DNA of 64,000 nt from an uncultured bacterium (lineage in GTDB: Bacteria; Patescibacteriota; Minisyncoccia; Moranbacterales; UBA2206): contig CAIMIV010000070.1 in assembly GCA_903841185.1 (NCBI GenBank), forward strand, positions 2,984 to 66,983, given 5' to 3'. Below the pieces are notes generated by a model. It searched no databases, was not told the origin of the DNA, and saw only the letters and a list, made by a program, of their open reading frames with translations. Numbering within the stretch: the first letter of the stretch is position 1; each line of letters starts with the position of its first letter. Below, one piece after another: positions 10,121-20,673 of this stretch. Both the position numbers and the translations under genes were made by a program.

Positions 10121-10154
10121 ATAAAAACCACTAACCAGATTTACCGGTTAGTGG
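10121..10154 (-). terminator. Intrinsic terminator downstream of the histidine-kinase gene
   Basis: CCACTAACC..GGTTAGTGG stem. The T-run is on the minus strand (A-run on plus). Confidence 0.45.
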
Positions 10155-10234
10155 CATGAAGATTATCTCCTCTTTTTTCATGACCATTGTCATTTATTTT
10201 TTTGTTTTCAAAAAAAAATTGTTTGTGGCAATCA

Positions 10235-11101
10235 TTATGCCGCGAGTTTGTGCAATGGAATCTTGATATGGAAAGTTGTCCCGCAACCTGGAAAGCTTTC
10301 CGCCAGCAGACTTCCCCCAAATCTTTTTTCCACGACCTCTTTGCAAAAATGAAGGCCGTTGCCATTGCTGCTTTTTCCCTTAGCAGTAAAATGCTCTTGA
10401 AATAGGTGCTCCATTGTGGATTCATCCATGCCAATGCCATTATCGCGTATCCGGATCATCAGGATACCGTTATCAACATGAGCAAAGACCCAAATTGCCT
10501 GGTCTTTTTTAGGATATTTCTTTGCCACAATAGCATCAAAGGCATTATTGAATAAATTCATTAATACTCGAATGCAATGGGCGCCACAGGCACTAATAAC
10601 AATCGGTTCGGAGGGGACGTCAAGAAAAACACTCACCTTGCCTTCTCTATCCCAGCTAGCTTGGCTCAACTTCAGAGCTACTTGCAGCAGATTTTGAAAA
10701 ACCCCCTGCTCCGCACATACTGAGTCAATCAGACTAATCCTTTCTTCAATTGCTTGACTGACCGACAAGGAAGCGTTGCAAACATTTTTCAAAGCTTCTT
10801 GAAGTTCCTCTTGCTTTTTTGTAAAGACCGCCATAGCGGCAAACCCAGAGAAGGCCGATATAATATTTCTAATATCGTGCATTATTATAGCCAACTGACT
10901 TTCTTCCTCGCCGCCCCCAAAGACATTTTTCGCCAAGGCCTCATTAATGCTGTGGTTTTTCTTTTTTATCAGCGCCAATTTTTCCGTTAAAAAACCACCG
11001 CTAACAAACTTCAACATCTCTTCTGATAATTGCTTGATTTCCGCTATTTCCTGTATTAAAAAAAGCAGAACCCCCTTTCTCTCGCCACACGTATCCATCA
11101 C
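10235..11101 (-). CDS. Cytoplasmic sensor histidine kinase (HisKA plus HATPase_c), orphan
   Basis: H-box MHDIRNIISAF; N, G1 and G2 boxes (DNGIGMD, GNGLHFCK, GCGTTF). No TM segments and no adjacent response regulator. Confidence 0.7.
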   Translation of the reverse strand: MMDTCGERKGVLLFLIQEIAEIKQLSEEMLKFVSGGFLTEKLALIKKKNHSINEALAKNVFGGGEEESQLAIIMHDIRNIISAFSGFAAMAVFTKKQEELQEALKNVCNASLSVSQAIEERISLIDSVCAEQGVFQNLLQVALKLSQASWDREGKVSVFLDVPSEPIVISACGAHCIRVLMNLFNNAFDAIVAKKYPKKDQAIWVFAHVDNGILMIRIRDNGIGMDESTMEHLFQEHFTAKGKSSNGNGLHFCKEVVEKRFGGSLLAESFPGCGTTFHIKIPLHKLAA

Positions 11102-11189
11102 TCCTCCAAAAAAATTAAATAAACTATCTCAAACAATTTTATTTTTATTCCTTGTGCTATAAAAAGAACTGCTTTTATTTTACCATAAA

Positions 11190-11220
11190 TAAAAGCTCCC
11201 GAAAAATGGGAGCTTTTTTA
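11190..11220 (-). terminator. Intrinsic terminator (bidirectional) downstream of the GT2 gene
   Basis: AGCTCCC gaaaaat GGGAGCT flanked by an A-run and a T-run. Confidence 0.6.
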
Positions 11221-11236
11221 TGAAGCGATTGCATGT

Positions 11237-12187
11237 CTATTTTTTATAACGCCATTTTTTGAAAGTATGCGCTTGATCTTCCGTGAGCTTGCGCACCGAT
11301 TTGATCATATCAGCAATAAAGGCAAAAATGAGAAACTGGATGCCCACAATCAAAAGAGTGATGGCGACCAGCAGGATATTTTTGTAGGGGGCTATTTTGA
11401 AATCCTGAAAATACATCACAAAAAAATCTACAAAAAATCCAAGGGAGGTCAAAATAAGAATAAAAGCCGGCCACCCGAAAAATTTCATCGGACGCACATC
11501 TCGCACCGCTTCCAAAATAATTTTACCGCTTTGGCTGACATAGTTGAAAATGCTTTTCACCACGCGTGATTTTCGTCCGGCAAAATAGGTCACTTCCACG
11601 GGAATCCATTTCAATTTCAAGTTTTTTCCGATAGCGTCAATGATGGTTTCCTGGGTGTAGGTGAAGCCCGGAGTAATGTTGAGACGGATGAGTGTTTCCC
11701 GGCTATAGGCGCGGAAGCCACAAGTCAAATCATCAATCTCATAATTCATAAAACTGCCGATAATGCTGGCGGCAATTTTGTTGAGATGATATTTCGCCTT
11801 CGGCATGTCCTTGGCTTCCTTGTCGCCGAAGCGAGTGGCGCTCACCATATCCGCTTCTTTGTTGAGGATAGGCGCGATAATCTTGCCGATGTCTTGCGGA
11901 TTGAATTGCCCATCGGCGTCCATGTTGCACATAATGTCCGCTCCGTTATCCAGCGCCCGTTCCGCCGCATGCTTGAAAGTGATCCCGATGCCGCGATTCA
12001 TGCCATTGGTATAGACAAAATCTGCCCCGGCCGCTTTAGCAATAGCCATAGTCTCATCCTTGGATCCATCATCAATCACTTGCACCAGCACTTCATCCAC
12101 ACCGGGAATTTGGCGCGGGATTCGCTTAATAGTTTCGGCAATTTTTTCCGCTTCATTGAAAGCGGGGAGATTCACAATTAGTCTCAT
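11237..12187 (-). CDS. GT2 glycosyltransferase, DPM1/polyprenol-phosphate-sugar-synthase-like with C-terminal TM helices
   Basis: IVNLPAFNEAEKI..VQVIDDGSKDET..DADGQ motif. C-terminal hydrophobic segments. Confidence 0.8.
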   Translation of the reverse strand: MRLIVNLPAFNEAEKIAETIKRIPRQIPGVDEVLVQVIDDGSKDETMAIAKAAGADFVYTNGMNRGIGITFKHAAERALDNGADIMCNMDADGQFNPQDIGKIIAPILNKEADMVSATRFGDKEAKDMPKAKYHLNKIAASIIGSFMNYEIDDLTCGFRAYSRETLIRLNITPGFTYTQETIIDAIGKNLKLKWIPVEVTYFAGRKSRVVKSIFNYVSQSGKIILEAVRDVRPMKFFGWPAFILILTSLGFFVDFFVMYFQDFKIAPYKNILLVAITLLIVGIQFLIFAFIADMIKSVRKLTEDQAHTFKKWRYKK

Positions 12188-12320
12188 GCTTTTTTTCTTA
12201 ATTATTACTTGATCATCCTATAACTAAATACGAATTCATTATGGCATATTTATGACCGCCTAGCAAACAAGACCCCTGATTAAAAGGAGTCTTGTTTTGT
12301 AATCAAGCGGATATTATCTC

Positions 12321-13604
12321 TTATCGCCCAATGCCGGCATACACAATACCGGCAGCCTGAATGGCTTTTTTATCCAAACAATTTTTGCCGTCAACAATTA
12401 TTTTAATATTATTTTTGACAAAAGTTTTCACCGGAATTTTCATAAATTCAGTGTGGTTGGTCGTTAGCAGCAGAGCATCAGATTTTTCCAAGAGCTCGTC
12501 CAGACTTTTCACCGTGGAAAGCTGCGGAACAAAAGGATCGAAAATAATCAAATCGGCTCCCATTTTTCTCAGCTTTTCCACAATCTTGAGCGCCGGGCTT
12601 TCGCGCAAGTCACTCACGTTGGCTTTGTAGGATAGTCCCATGATACCGATCTTAGCCCCTTTGACTGATTTTTCTATTTGATTCAAGCGATGTTGCAAAA
12701 GATCAATAGTATATTCCGGCATGCTGTTGTTGATGGTGCGGGCGGTGCGTAAAAATTTGTGATCAAAATTATGCTCCTTGGCTTTTTCAATCATATAGTA
12801 GGGATCCACCGGGATGCAATGCCCACCCACTCCGCAACTTGGCCAATGCGCCATAAAAGAATAGGGTTTAGTGGAAGCGCCGCGAATGACATTGGTGATA
12901 TCGATATTGAGATGGCTGAAGGACTTGGCTGCTTCATTGACAAAAGCAATGTTGACATCCCGGAAAGCATTTTCCAAAATTTTCACCGCTTCTGCTTCTT
13001 CAATAGAATCCATACCCATCACTTCCCCACTCACAATGCTTTCATAAAAACTCTTCGCCATCTGCAAACCTTTCTCATCAAAAGAACCTACCACGCGCGG
13101 CAGATTGCCGACATTCCATTTGGGGTCGCCCGGATTGACCCGCTCCGGACAGTGAGCGATAAAAACATCCTTGCCCACTTGGAAACCGGCTTTCTCAAAA
13201 ATCGGTTTCACAATTTCGGCACTGACTCCAGGATTAACTGTAGATTCCAACACCACTAGAGCACCTTTTTTCATATTTGCCGCCACAGTGCGGGAAGCTT
13301 CAATGACGGGAGTGAGGATAGGAAAATATTTGGCATCCACCGGAGTCGGCACGCAAATCAAATAGATGTCATGTCCCTTGAGTTTCTTTTCATTAGCAGT
13401 GACATTGATTTTCACCTGTGGTAAAAGTTTTTCCAAAAATTCTTCTTTGAAAGGACTCTTCCCTTTAGCAATAATCGCCAACTTTTTAGTATCCGTATCA
13501 AAGCCGGTCACGTCATAACCTTTTTTCGCACACACGGCCGCCAGCGGCAGTCCCACATAACCCATGCCAATCACGCACACCTTTTGCTTTTTTTGTTCTG
13601 ACAT
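12321..13604 (-). CDS. Nucleotide-sugar dehydrogenase (UDP-glucose/GDP-mannose 6-dehydrogenase family)
   Basis: N-terminal Rossmann motif KVCVIGMGYVGLPLA, catalytic Cys region and C-terminal dimerisation domain. Start chosen at MSEQKK; no strong RBS at any candidate start, so the start is uncertain (the ORF extends to 13667). Confidence 0.8.
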   Translation of the reverse strand: MSEQKKQKVCVIGMGYVGLPLAAVCAKKGYDVTGFDTDTKKLAIIAKGKSPFKEEFLEKLLPQVKINVTANEKKLKGHDIYLICVPTPVDAKYFPILTPVIEASRTVAANMKKGALVVLESTVNPGVSAEIVKPIFEKAGFQVGKDVFIAHCPERVNPGDPKWNVGNLPRVVGSFDEKGLQMAKSFYESIVSGEVMGMDSIEEAEAVKILENAFRDVNIAFVNEAAKSFSHLNIDITNVIRGASTKPYSFMAHWPSCGVGGHCIPVDPYYMIEKAKEHNFDHKFLRTARTINNSMPEYTIDLLQHRLNQIEKSVKGAKIGIMGLSYKANVSDLRESPALKIVEKLRKMGADLIIFDPFVPQLSTVKSLDELLEKSDALLLTTNHTEFMKIPVKTFVKNNIKIIVDGKNCLDKKAIQAAGIVYAGIGR

Positions 13605-13873
13605 ATTTTTTTCCATTATTTTTTTAATTGGAATGTCTTGCAACAGTCCCAACAACCTAATTATCATTATAGAACAACGGGTGCCAGAGTCAAATGCATC
13701 TGACCTATTTAGCCTTATTTAGGCTAAATTTCAAGGAGTTTTGGCGATGTACTTGACACATTTCAATGGTTGGACTAGCTTTTAAGGTAGTACATTAAAT
13801 ATTGAAAAAAATTAAGAGGCTATTTTTAATGGAAAGATGCTTTCTAAGTCAATAAAACATCTAGGGGGGAGTA

Positions 13874-14617
13874 ATGAGATCATCACTTGGTAATTTAATG
13901 TTTAAAGAGGCTTCCATTGAAAATATAGAGGAGGTAGTGGCTTTAATTGATAGCTTGAAAGGCGGTAAATTAATTGATTGTATTGACATGGATAAAGCAA
14001 GGAGGAATGGGGTTATTATCTTAGAAGACCCTGTCAACTATCCATTCAAAGCATTGAATAATGATTTAATCAGGGAAATAAGTTTATTGGGAGAAATCAT
14101 ATTAATCAATGGATCTGTTATTGATCCTTCGGTGAAGATTGAGCCACCAATTATTCTATTTCCCAATGCCTTAATTGGTCATGGTTGTTGGATTAGGCCA
14201 TTCAGTATTTTGGGAGAGGGATGCAAGATAGCAAATACCGAAATAAATCGGTCAATTATTTGCGATGGAGTGATGTGTATGCACGGTGATTATATTGGAT
14301 ACTCATACATATCAAAAAATTGTCGAATCGGATCTGGCTTTAAAACCGCAACGACTATATTTAAAGGAGTGATGGAGAGGCCGAAGAATATAATCTTAAG
14401 AGATGGCGTCTCTGGGGATGATTTAAGTATAGCGGATGGCTCTCACTTTGGCTGCATCTTGGAGGCGGCAACTTTACTTGGTTGCAATACAACAACTATG
14501 CCAGGTACCTATTTGCGAAAAGGAAGATATGCACCTAACTTAAGCTTAGGAGGAAAGAAGCCTGGCAATAAAGCTTCTCATGTCTCGAATTCATTTTTTT
14601 TCAATACTCAAAATTAA
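13874..14617 (+). CDS. Left-handed beta-helix (hexapeptide-repeat) protein, sugar-nucleotidyltransferase/acyltransferase C-terminal-like
   Basis: Repeated [LIV]G..... hexapeptide pattern across residues 60-200. Lies in an AT-rich island with a strong RBS (GGGGGGAG). Confidence 0.5.
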   Translation: MRSSLGNLMFKEASIENIEEVVALIDSLKGGKLIDCIDMDKARRNGVIILEDPVNYPFKALNNDLIREISLLGEIILINGSVIDPSVKIEPPIILFPNALIGHGCWIRPFSILGEGCKIANTEINRSIICDGVMCMHGDYIGYSYISKNCRIGSGFKTATTIFKGVMERPKNIILRDGVSGDDLSIADGSHFGCILEAATLLGCNTTTMPGTYLRKGRYAPNLSLGGKKPGNKASHVSNSFFFNTQN

Positions 14618-14622
14618 ACATA

Positions 14623-14661
14623 CCACCTACAGAAAAATCTGTAGGTGTGTTTATTTTTTTT
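14623..14661 (+). terminator. Intrinsic terminator
   Basis: CACCTACAG aaaaat CTGTAGGTG followed by a T8 run. Confidence 0.6.
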
Positions 14662-14669
14662 ACAAAATA

Positions 14670-15293
14670 TTAGTCGCATATAAGCCTAATCAGCTCGAAT
14701 GACTCAGCAAGCTCTTTTTTTATTTGCTTTCCTCGTAGACAGGCCAGGTCTCGAATGATATTATTTTCGAAGAAGGAATCTTTTCCATGAGAGGGAAAGT
14801 AGGAGATAGCTTTTTCCTTTGCTTCAATATTTTCTTGATTAAGCGAAACAAAAACATCAGGATGATAGGAATAATTATTCCAAGGAAATTCATAGCCAAA
14901 AATAGTTTTATTTTTAAAGATTCTCAATGCCTCTTCATGAACAACTTGGTGTGCTTGGTGAATATCATAACTACTAGGAATAAATATTATATCAGGGTTT
15001 ATTTTTTTATTTATATCATGTAAGTTTTGAAGTATTTTGGCGCAATCCTTACTAAAATCACGTGGATCGTAGTCAAAGACTAAAAGATTGTTGTGTGGAG
15101 TAGATAAAGAATCCAAGCTTTTGTGTACACTATTTTGTAGAAAAACTTCTCTATCAAGATCATTGGAAAAGGAAAGCCCCAAATAATAAATTGTATTTTT
15201 AGAGCTTAATTTATGCAATGTTCCAAAGCAGCCTAACTCAATATCATCAAAATGAGGTGCAATTGCTAAAATAGTCTTGTTTTCAATATTCAT
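14670..15293 (-). CDS. PIG-L/LmbE-family N-acetylglucosaminyl deacetylase
   Basis: AHPDDE-type motif (APHFDDIELG) near the N-terminus and conserved His/Asp pattern. 207 aa. Confidence 0.7.
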   Translation of the reverse strand: MNIENKTILAIAPHFDDIELGCFGTLHKLSSKNTIYYLGLSFSNDLDREVFLQNSVHKSLDSLSTPHNNLLVFDYDPRDFSKDCAKILQNLHDINKKINPDIIFIPSSYDIHQAHQVVHEEALRIFKNKTIFGYEFPWNNYSYHPDVFVSLNQENIEAKEKAISYFPSHGKDSFFENNIIRDLACLRGKQIKKELAESFELIRLICD

Positions 15294-15585
15294 ATTTTTT
15301 AAATAATCAATTTTTTAATAATTAGCCTTAATGAGATTACTGCATTTTATTAGATCTTCTATATTTGCTATTATGAACCAAGGAACAAACTTTTACAAGT
15401 TCCTTGCAAAACGTGGCCTATGTCATGGCCATCAAGCGCTTGATGCCTTTCTTCGCTTTTATCATCGGTTATTTTTATTTCAAAGAACATACCCATGTGC
15501 AGCGCAAAATTTGGGCCACCCTCTTGATGGTTGCCGGAGCAATTATTATAACCGTTTCTAAATAATTAATGGCTGTAAAAAAAAT

Positions 15586-16293
15586 ATGCGAAAAATGAAA
15601 ATTTTGCCTAGCCTGACAACCATTACCGAATCCAGAAAGGTCGGTGATTGGAGGGCGCAAATTTCGGAAATTAAAAAACTAGGACTGACAGAATTTGCCC
15701 TTTTCCCGACGAAACTGTTAAAGGAAGAGCGCTTTGAATTGTATGCCGCCTTGAAAGAAATTCCTTCTCTGGAACGCATTCCCTTTGTGCACCTGAGAAC
15801 GGACATGGAGCCGGAAGAAATTGGATACTTGATTGAAAATTTCCAAACCGAAGTTTTCAATCTCCATACGACTGTGAATTGGCCGCTTCAATATGATTAT
15901 TCGAAATATGCCAAACAGATCTTTATTGAAAACGGAAAATTTGTCCCGACAGAAGCAGACCTCAGCACGTTCGGAGGCATGTGCATTGACTTTTCACATT
16001 GGGAAAGCATGGTGAAATTTGGCAACAAAGATTATGATGAACAGATGCTCAAGATGGCGGAGAAATATCCGATTGGAGTGTGCCATATTTCAGCCATAAC
16101 AACTGAGGCCACGGCCGATCCATCCAATCCTGGATATATGCAATATGACTCGCACCGACTGGAGCATTTGCAAGAGCTTGATTATATGAAAAATTATTTG
16201 CAATATGTGCCGACAATTGTTGCTATTGAATTGGAAAATAGTATTGAAAAACAACTGGAAGCAAAAGAATATTTGGAAGCTATGCTGGGCTAG
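15586..16293 (+). CDS. Hypothetical protein (possible TIM-barrel fold)
   Basis: 235 aa ORF with typical codon usage. No family recognised. Confidence 0.4.
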   Translation: MRKMKILPSLTTITESRKVGDWRAQISEIKKLGLTEFALFPTKLLKEERFELYAALKEIPSLERIPFVHLRTDMEPEEIGYLIENFQTEVFNLHTTVNWPLQYDYSKYAKQIFIENGKFVPTEADLSTFGGMCIDFSHWESMVKFGNKDYDEQMLKMAEKYPIGVCHISAITTEATADPSNPGYMQYDSHRLEHLQELDYMKNYLQYVPTIVAIELENSIEKQLEAKEYLEAMLG

Positions 16294-16469
16294 TTGCGAT
16301 TAACCGGAATGATTTTGATCATGACTTTCAACTGATTTTCTTTTGAGCATTGAAAAGAGATTAGTCTTTACAAAACCCCCAAATCGTGTATACTAATGGG
16401 ACTGTTGTTTTTTTACCAATAGATCTATTGCTTGATAACCCATCCCCCTCTCAAAAAAAGGAGCCCCCA

Positions 16470-16940
16470 ATGCCTATTCACCTTCCCCAAGAGTTTTTTC
16501 AACTTCCTCCGGCCAACAAACCTCAGAAAAAACCCATTACCGGCAAGTATCTCAACAAAAATTTGCCAGCACTTTCCAATGCCAATGAGTTGATGAAAAA
16601 AAGAGTGGAACTTTTCATGTGGATTAACAAAATCTCCCCTACGCACCTTACTGAGAGAAGTGAAGAGCGAGAAGATTTTTTTAATTCTGGATTTTTGCAA
16701 CCAGAACTGCTTGCAGTTATCTTTGCTACGCTGAAAACTATCCAAGGAACCGAGCGCGATTACATCCCTTATCTGCTGGAAAACATCAGTGATGATCCGC
16801 CACCAAATAACAGAGCCGCCTCACGAGATAGGTCCAATGACCTTTTGTTCACTCCTGTTTCCCGCCAAAAAAGCCCCACTCAAAACATTGTGGTGCCTAG
16901 TCCGGAATCATTGCGTGACCAATCTCAAAAAACCACTTAA
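16470..16940 (+). CDS. Hypothetical Pro/Gln-rich protein
   Basis: Start at MPIHLP, preceded by AAGGAG. Low-complexity, no family recognised. Confidence 0.35.
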   Translation: MPIHLPQEFFQLPPANKPQKKPITGKYLNKNLPALSNANELMKKRVELFMWINKISPTHLTERSEEREDFFNSGFLQPELLAVIFATLKTIQGTERDYIPYLLENISDDPPPNNRAASRDRSNDLLFTPVSRQKSPTQNIVVPSPESLRDQSQKTT

Positions 16941-16964
16941 AAAAAAGTGGTCTCGCTCCATCCA

Positions 16965-17003
16965 GCACTGTTCTCACCACGCGTGGGAACAGTGCTTTTT
17001 TAT
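16965..17003 (+). terminator. Intrinsic terminator
   Basis: GCACTGTTC..GAACAGTGC perfect 9-bp stem followed by a T6 run. Confidence 0.55.
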
Positions 17004-17015
17004 TATTTTACAGAT

Positions 17016-18068
17016 TTAATATTTTTTCAAAATTTTCACCAACAAAAAAGAACTGGGGATTTGCACGAAATAGGCCAGGACAATCACGGTGGTCAGCATC
17101 GCCAGGCGTTCGTCCTGGAACACCAAGGAGATGGCCATGCCCAGAGCCAGCGTGATGTAGCGCAGATAGCTCCCCCACACGAAAGCCCGTCCTACTTCTT
17201 TGTTGTGGAAAGTTCGATAGAGCAGAAAAATCAGACCGAAAGCAGTCAGATATAACAAAACTAGGGGCACAAAAATATCCACCAGGATGCGCGGGTTGTC
17301 AAAGATGATGTGATTATTTTTCAGCGCCATCAAAATAAAAAGCACAATTAACAATCCCAAGTTACTCAACTTGCCAAAAGTTATTTTCACTTTATCAAAA
17401 TAGGCTTCGTCCTTATTACTCTTGATAATCTGCTGAGTCACATAGGCCATGATAAGAGGGATGATCACTACAATGAGAATCGGCACGGCAATTTTCATGG
17501 GAGAAACAGTCCCAGTACCCAGACTGCACGAAAACACTCCACCTGTGGCTTGTCCCAGCGCACACACGGCAGAGGCGGAAGCTTTCTGCACCTGCTCCAG
17601 CCCGAAAAAATTGATAAAAAAAGATAGACCAAAAGGCACGGCCACAATCGCCACCAGCAAGTTCGTCAGCACAATGCCGATGGTCGTCGGCATGTCCGCT
17701 TCCGATTTCATGGCCCAAGTAGTCACCATCCCTCCTCCCGGCAACAAGGCCAGTAGAATCAAGCCCAGGCGCAACACTGGTTCCTGATCCAAAAGCATTG
17801 CCCCGATCAGATAGGCCAGTCCCGGCAAAATCACAAAATTCATGAAAACTGACAGGAGAATAATGCGATAGTGTTTGAGGGAAGCCGGCAATTTGTCAAA
17901 AGCCAACGGCACCAGCGAGGGATAGATCATGACTAGTGCGGCCACCACACAAATACTGGAGGAAAACGTGTAGCCGCCCCAAAAATAGACTACGGCCAAG
18001 CCGCTGCCAATCACTCCGGCCAGCCACCAAAACAAATATTTTTGAATATGATCTAAAAATTTCAACAT
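17016..18068 (-). CDS. BASS/ACR3-superfamily permease (bile-acid:sodium symporter / arsenite-efflux-like)
   Basis: 350 aa, about 10 TM segments. Family assignment by overall architecture only. Confidence 0.45.
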   Translation of the reverse strand: MLKFLDHIQKYLFWWLAGVIGSGLAVVYFWGGYTFSSSICVVAALVMIYPSLVPLAFDKLPASLKHYRIILLSVFMNFVILPGLAYLIGAMLLDQEPVLRLGLILLALLPGGGMVTTWAMKSEADMPTTIGIVLTNLLVAIVAVPFGLSFFINFFGLEQVQKASASAVCALGQATGGVFSCSLGTGTVSPMKIAVPILIVVIIPLIMAYVTQQIIKSNKDEAYFDKVKITFGKLSNLGLLIVLFILMALKNNHIIFDNPRILVDIFVPLVLLYLTAFGLIFLLYRTFHNKEVGRAFVWGSYLRYITLALGMAISLVFQDERLAMLTTVIVLAYFVQIPSSFLLVKILKKY

Positions 18069-18218
18069 AGTTTTTTTATTTAGGAGCTACGCTTTTAATC
18101 AAGCGCAAATCATTATTATCTTACGTTTTCTTATTATAAACCTTCTGGCTTTTTATTTCAACTCAAACCACCTCCCAAGCGATTTGCTCTAGGCAACAGA
18201 GTATGTTTTAATAGAGAT

Positions 18219-19010
18219 ATGAATATGATTGAAGTCACCCATCTTGGAAAAAAATTCGATGACATCACCGCGGTGGATGACATTTCTTTTAACGTGGTCA
18301 AAGGTGAGATTTTTGCTTTTCTGGGTCCCAACGGCGCGGGCAAAACCACCACTATCAAAATGTTCACCACCCTTTTGCAGCCCACCAGTGGCAGCATTTT
18401 AGTCAACGGCTTTGACCCTGCCACTCAACCTAATGATGTGCGACGCTCTTTTGGTATCATCTTTCAGGATCCCAGCTTGGATGACGAATTGACGGCTTTT
18501 GAAAATTTGGAATTTCATGGAGTGCTCTATGACGTGCCGAAAAAAATTCGGCGCGCCCGCATCAATGAACTATTGCAACTAGTGGAATTGGAAAAACGCC
18601 GCGACGATTTGGTGAAAGAATTTTCGGGCGGCATGAAAAGACGCCTGGAAATTGCCCGCGGCCTATTGCATCATCCGCAAATCATCTTTCTGGATGAACC
18701 CACCCTGGGACTAGATCCGCAAACCCGCAATCATTTGTGGAACTATATCAAAGACATGAATCAAAAAGAAGGCATTACAGTTTTTTTCAGCACGCACTAT
18801 ATGGAAGAAGCGGATCGGATGGCAGACCGCATTGCTATTATTGATAACGGGGAAATTGTAGCCGAAGGCACCGCCCAACTCTTGAAAGAGCAAACCGCCA
18901 GCGCCACTTTGGAAGATGCCTTTCTCAAATTGACCGGCAAGGCCATTCGCGAAGAGGGTGCTAAGGGAATTGATAAATTAAGAACTATGCGACACGTATG
19001 GAAAAGATAA
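18219..19010 (+). CDS. ABC transporter ATP-binding protein (DrrA-like, ABC-2 subtype)
   Basis: Walker A GPNGAGKTT, signature LSGGMKRRL, Walker B IIFLDEPT. Confidence 0.85.
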   Translation: MNMIEVTHLGKKFDDITAVDDISFNVVKGEIFAFLGPNGAGKTTTIKMFTTLLQPTSGSILVNGFDPATQPNDVRRSFGIIFQDPSLDDELTAFENLEFHGVLYDVPKKIRRARINELLQLVELEKRRDDLVKEFSGGMKRRLEIARGLLHHPQIIFLDEPTLGLDPQTRNHLWNYIKDMNQKEGITVFFSTHYMEEADRMADRIAIIDNGEIVAEGTAQLLKEQTASATLEDAFLKLTGKAIREEGAKGIDKLRTMRHVWKR

Positions 19011-19765
19011 CCCAATATGCCAAAGTGATCTATATCCTCTGGCTTCGCCAACTCAAACGCTATTCTCGTTCGCGCGCCCGGATGATCGGCTCGCTGGCTC
19101 AACCGGTGCTCTTTCTGGTGGCATTGGGTTTTGGTTTTGGTCCCATCTATCAAAAAGCCGGCGGTGGCAATTATATCCAATTTATTGCCCCCGGCATCAT
19201 TGCCATGAGCATTATTTTCACCGCCATGTTTAACGGCATTGAGGTGATCTATGACCGCCAATTTGGTTTTCTCAAGGAAACTCTGGTGGCACCCGTGCCA
19301 CGCTGGACCATCATGCTCGGCCGAACCTTTGGCGGAGCCACTGTGGCCACCCTGCAAGGCATGGTGGTGTTTTGCATTGCTCTTCTAGTTGGCTTTCGCC
19401 CCGAGAGCGTGCTCATGCTACCGGTGGCCTTGGTGTTCATGGCGCTGATTGCTTTTTTCTTCACCGCTTTTGGCACTGCTATCGCTTCGCGCATGGAGGA
19501 TATGCAAGCTTTTCCACTGATCATCAATTTTCTCATCATGCCTCTTTTCTTTCTTTCCGGAGCACTCTTCCCCCTCAACGGTCTGCCGAAAACCGTACAA
19601 ACCATCATCTATGCCAATCCCCTGTCCTATGGCGTGGACGGCATCCGTGGCGCCCTTTCCACCCAAATGCATTTCACTTTCCGCCTCGATTTCCTAGTGC
19701 TCTTGGCCTTCACCGCCCTAGCACTGGCTCTGGGCAGTTATCTTTTTTCCAAGATTGAGGTGTAG
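18998..19765 (+). CDS. ABC-2 family transporter permease
   Basis: 255 aa, 6 TM segments. Overlaps the ATPase gene by 13 nt (translational coupling). Confidence 0.75.
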   Translation: MEKITQYAKVIYILWLRQLKRYSRSRARMIGSLAQPVLFLVALGFGFGPIYQKAGGGNYIQFIAPGIIAMSIIFTAMFNGIEVIYDRQFGFLKETLVAPVPRWTIMLGRTFGGATVATLQGMVVFCIALLVGFRPESVLMLPVALVFMALIAFFFTAFGTAIASRMEDMQAFPLIINFLIMPLFFLSGALFPLNGLPKTVQTIIYANPLSYGVDGIRGALSTQMHFTFRLDFLVLLAFTALALALGSYLFSKIEV

Positions 19766-19785
19766 CCTCTATAGCCAACTTAAAG

Positions 19786-20673
19786 CTATGTCAAAAGTTT
19801 TTGAATATCTTCTTGGCTAAATTCTTTCCTATAATCTATTAGCTTAGGGTGTTTTATTTTTCTCAATTCTTCATCATAGGTTGCCATAATATTTCTAGCT
19901 CTTTTTTGATACACCATCCAATTTCGAGTAGAAGAAAAATCATCGAATATTTTTTCAAATTCTTTTTGTGTCAACATCCTGCTCAACTTTTTAAATTCTT
20001 TCTCAATCTCTCCAGCCAGTCCGGTTTCAAATGCTCCAATAATCAAAACTATTTCTTCATACATAAAATTTCTGGTCAAATCTTTTTTCACCAAACTCAA
20101 AAGCTTGCGATATTCTTTAGCTCTTTCTAGAAACAGAAAATTATACAGCATATCCGTATATGTCCCATAATTTTTCACCGCCACAAAATCCTTTATGCAA
20201 TCCGTAAAATCCCTGCGATATTCTTTCGTCTCCTCTCTAGTTTCAAAAAACTGACTCGCCAATTGATTAACAAATTTTGGATCACTAGTGGCAATTTGCA
20301 TCACTTTTTTAAAATCACTCTCTACGCGAATAAAATATTTTCTAACCAATTTACCCTTCTCATTATTCTCTATCATCGCCAGCTCCTTTGCCATGTCAAT
20401 TGAAACAACATATTCTTTAGCCAAGATTTTTCCAGACTTTGGGTCGATAGCTTTTGCCTTATTTAAGCCACTAAATCCTTCGCCAAATTTGGCGAAGGCT
20501 ATAAAAAAATCCAAATCTTCCACAAAATCATATTTATTAATCCTGTCTTTTATCCAATTAGAAAAGTCCCTACCTACACCTAGCCACCTATATAATTCCC
20601 TAGCATTCACAAATCTTTTCTTCTCACCATTGAAATCTTTTTGAATAACTTTTATGTTTATTAGTTCGTTCAT
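19786..20673 (-). CDS. Phage antirepressor-like protein with N-terminal AntA/AntB domain
   Basis: NARELYRWLGVGRDFSNWIKDRINKYDFVEDLDF matches the AntA antirepressor N-domain pattern. Low-GC region. Confidence 0.6.
   Translation of the reverse strand: MNELINIKVIQKDFNGEKKRFVNARELYRWLGVGRDFSNWIKDRINKYDFVEDLDFFIAFAKFGEGFSGLNKAKAIDPKSGKILAKEYVVSIDMAKELAMIENNEKGKLVRKYFIRVESDFKKVMQIATSDPKFVNQLASQFFETREETKEYRRDFTDCIKDFVAVKNYGTYTDMLYNFLFLERAKEYRKLLSLVKKDLTRNFMYEEIVLIIGAFETGLAGEIEKEFKKLSRMLTQKEFEKIFDDFSSTRNWMVYQKRARNIMATYDEELRKIKHPKLIDYRKEFSQEDIQKLLT

Noticed and set aside
10141-10440. 99-aa ORF overlapping the histidine-kinase C-terminus
   Set aside because: Same-strand out-of-frame overlap with a well-supported HATPase domain and no RBS.
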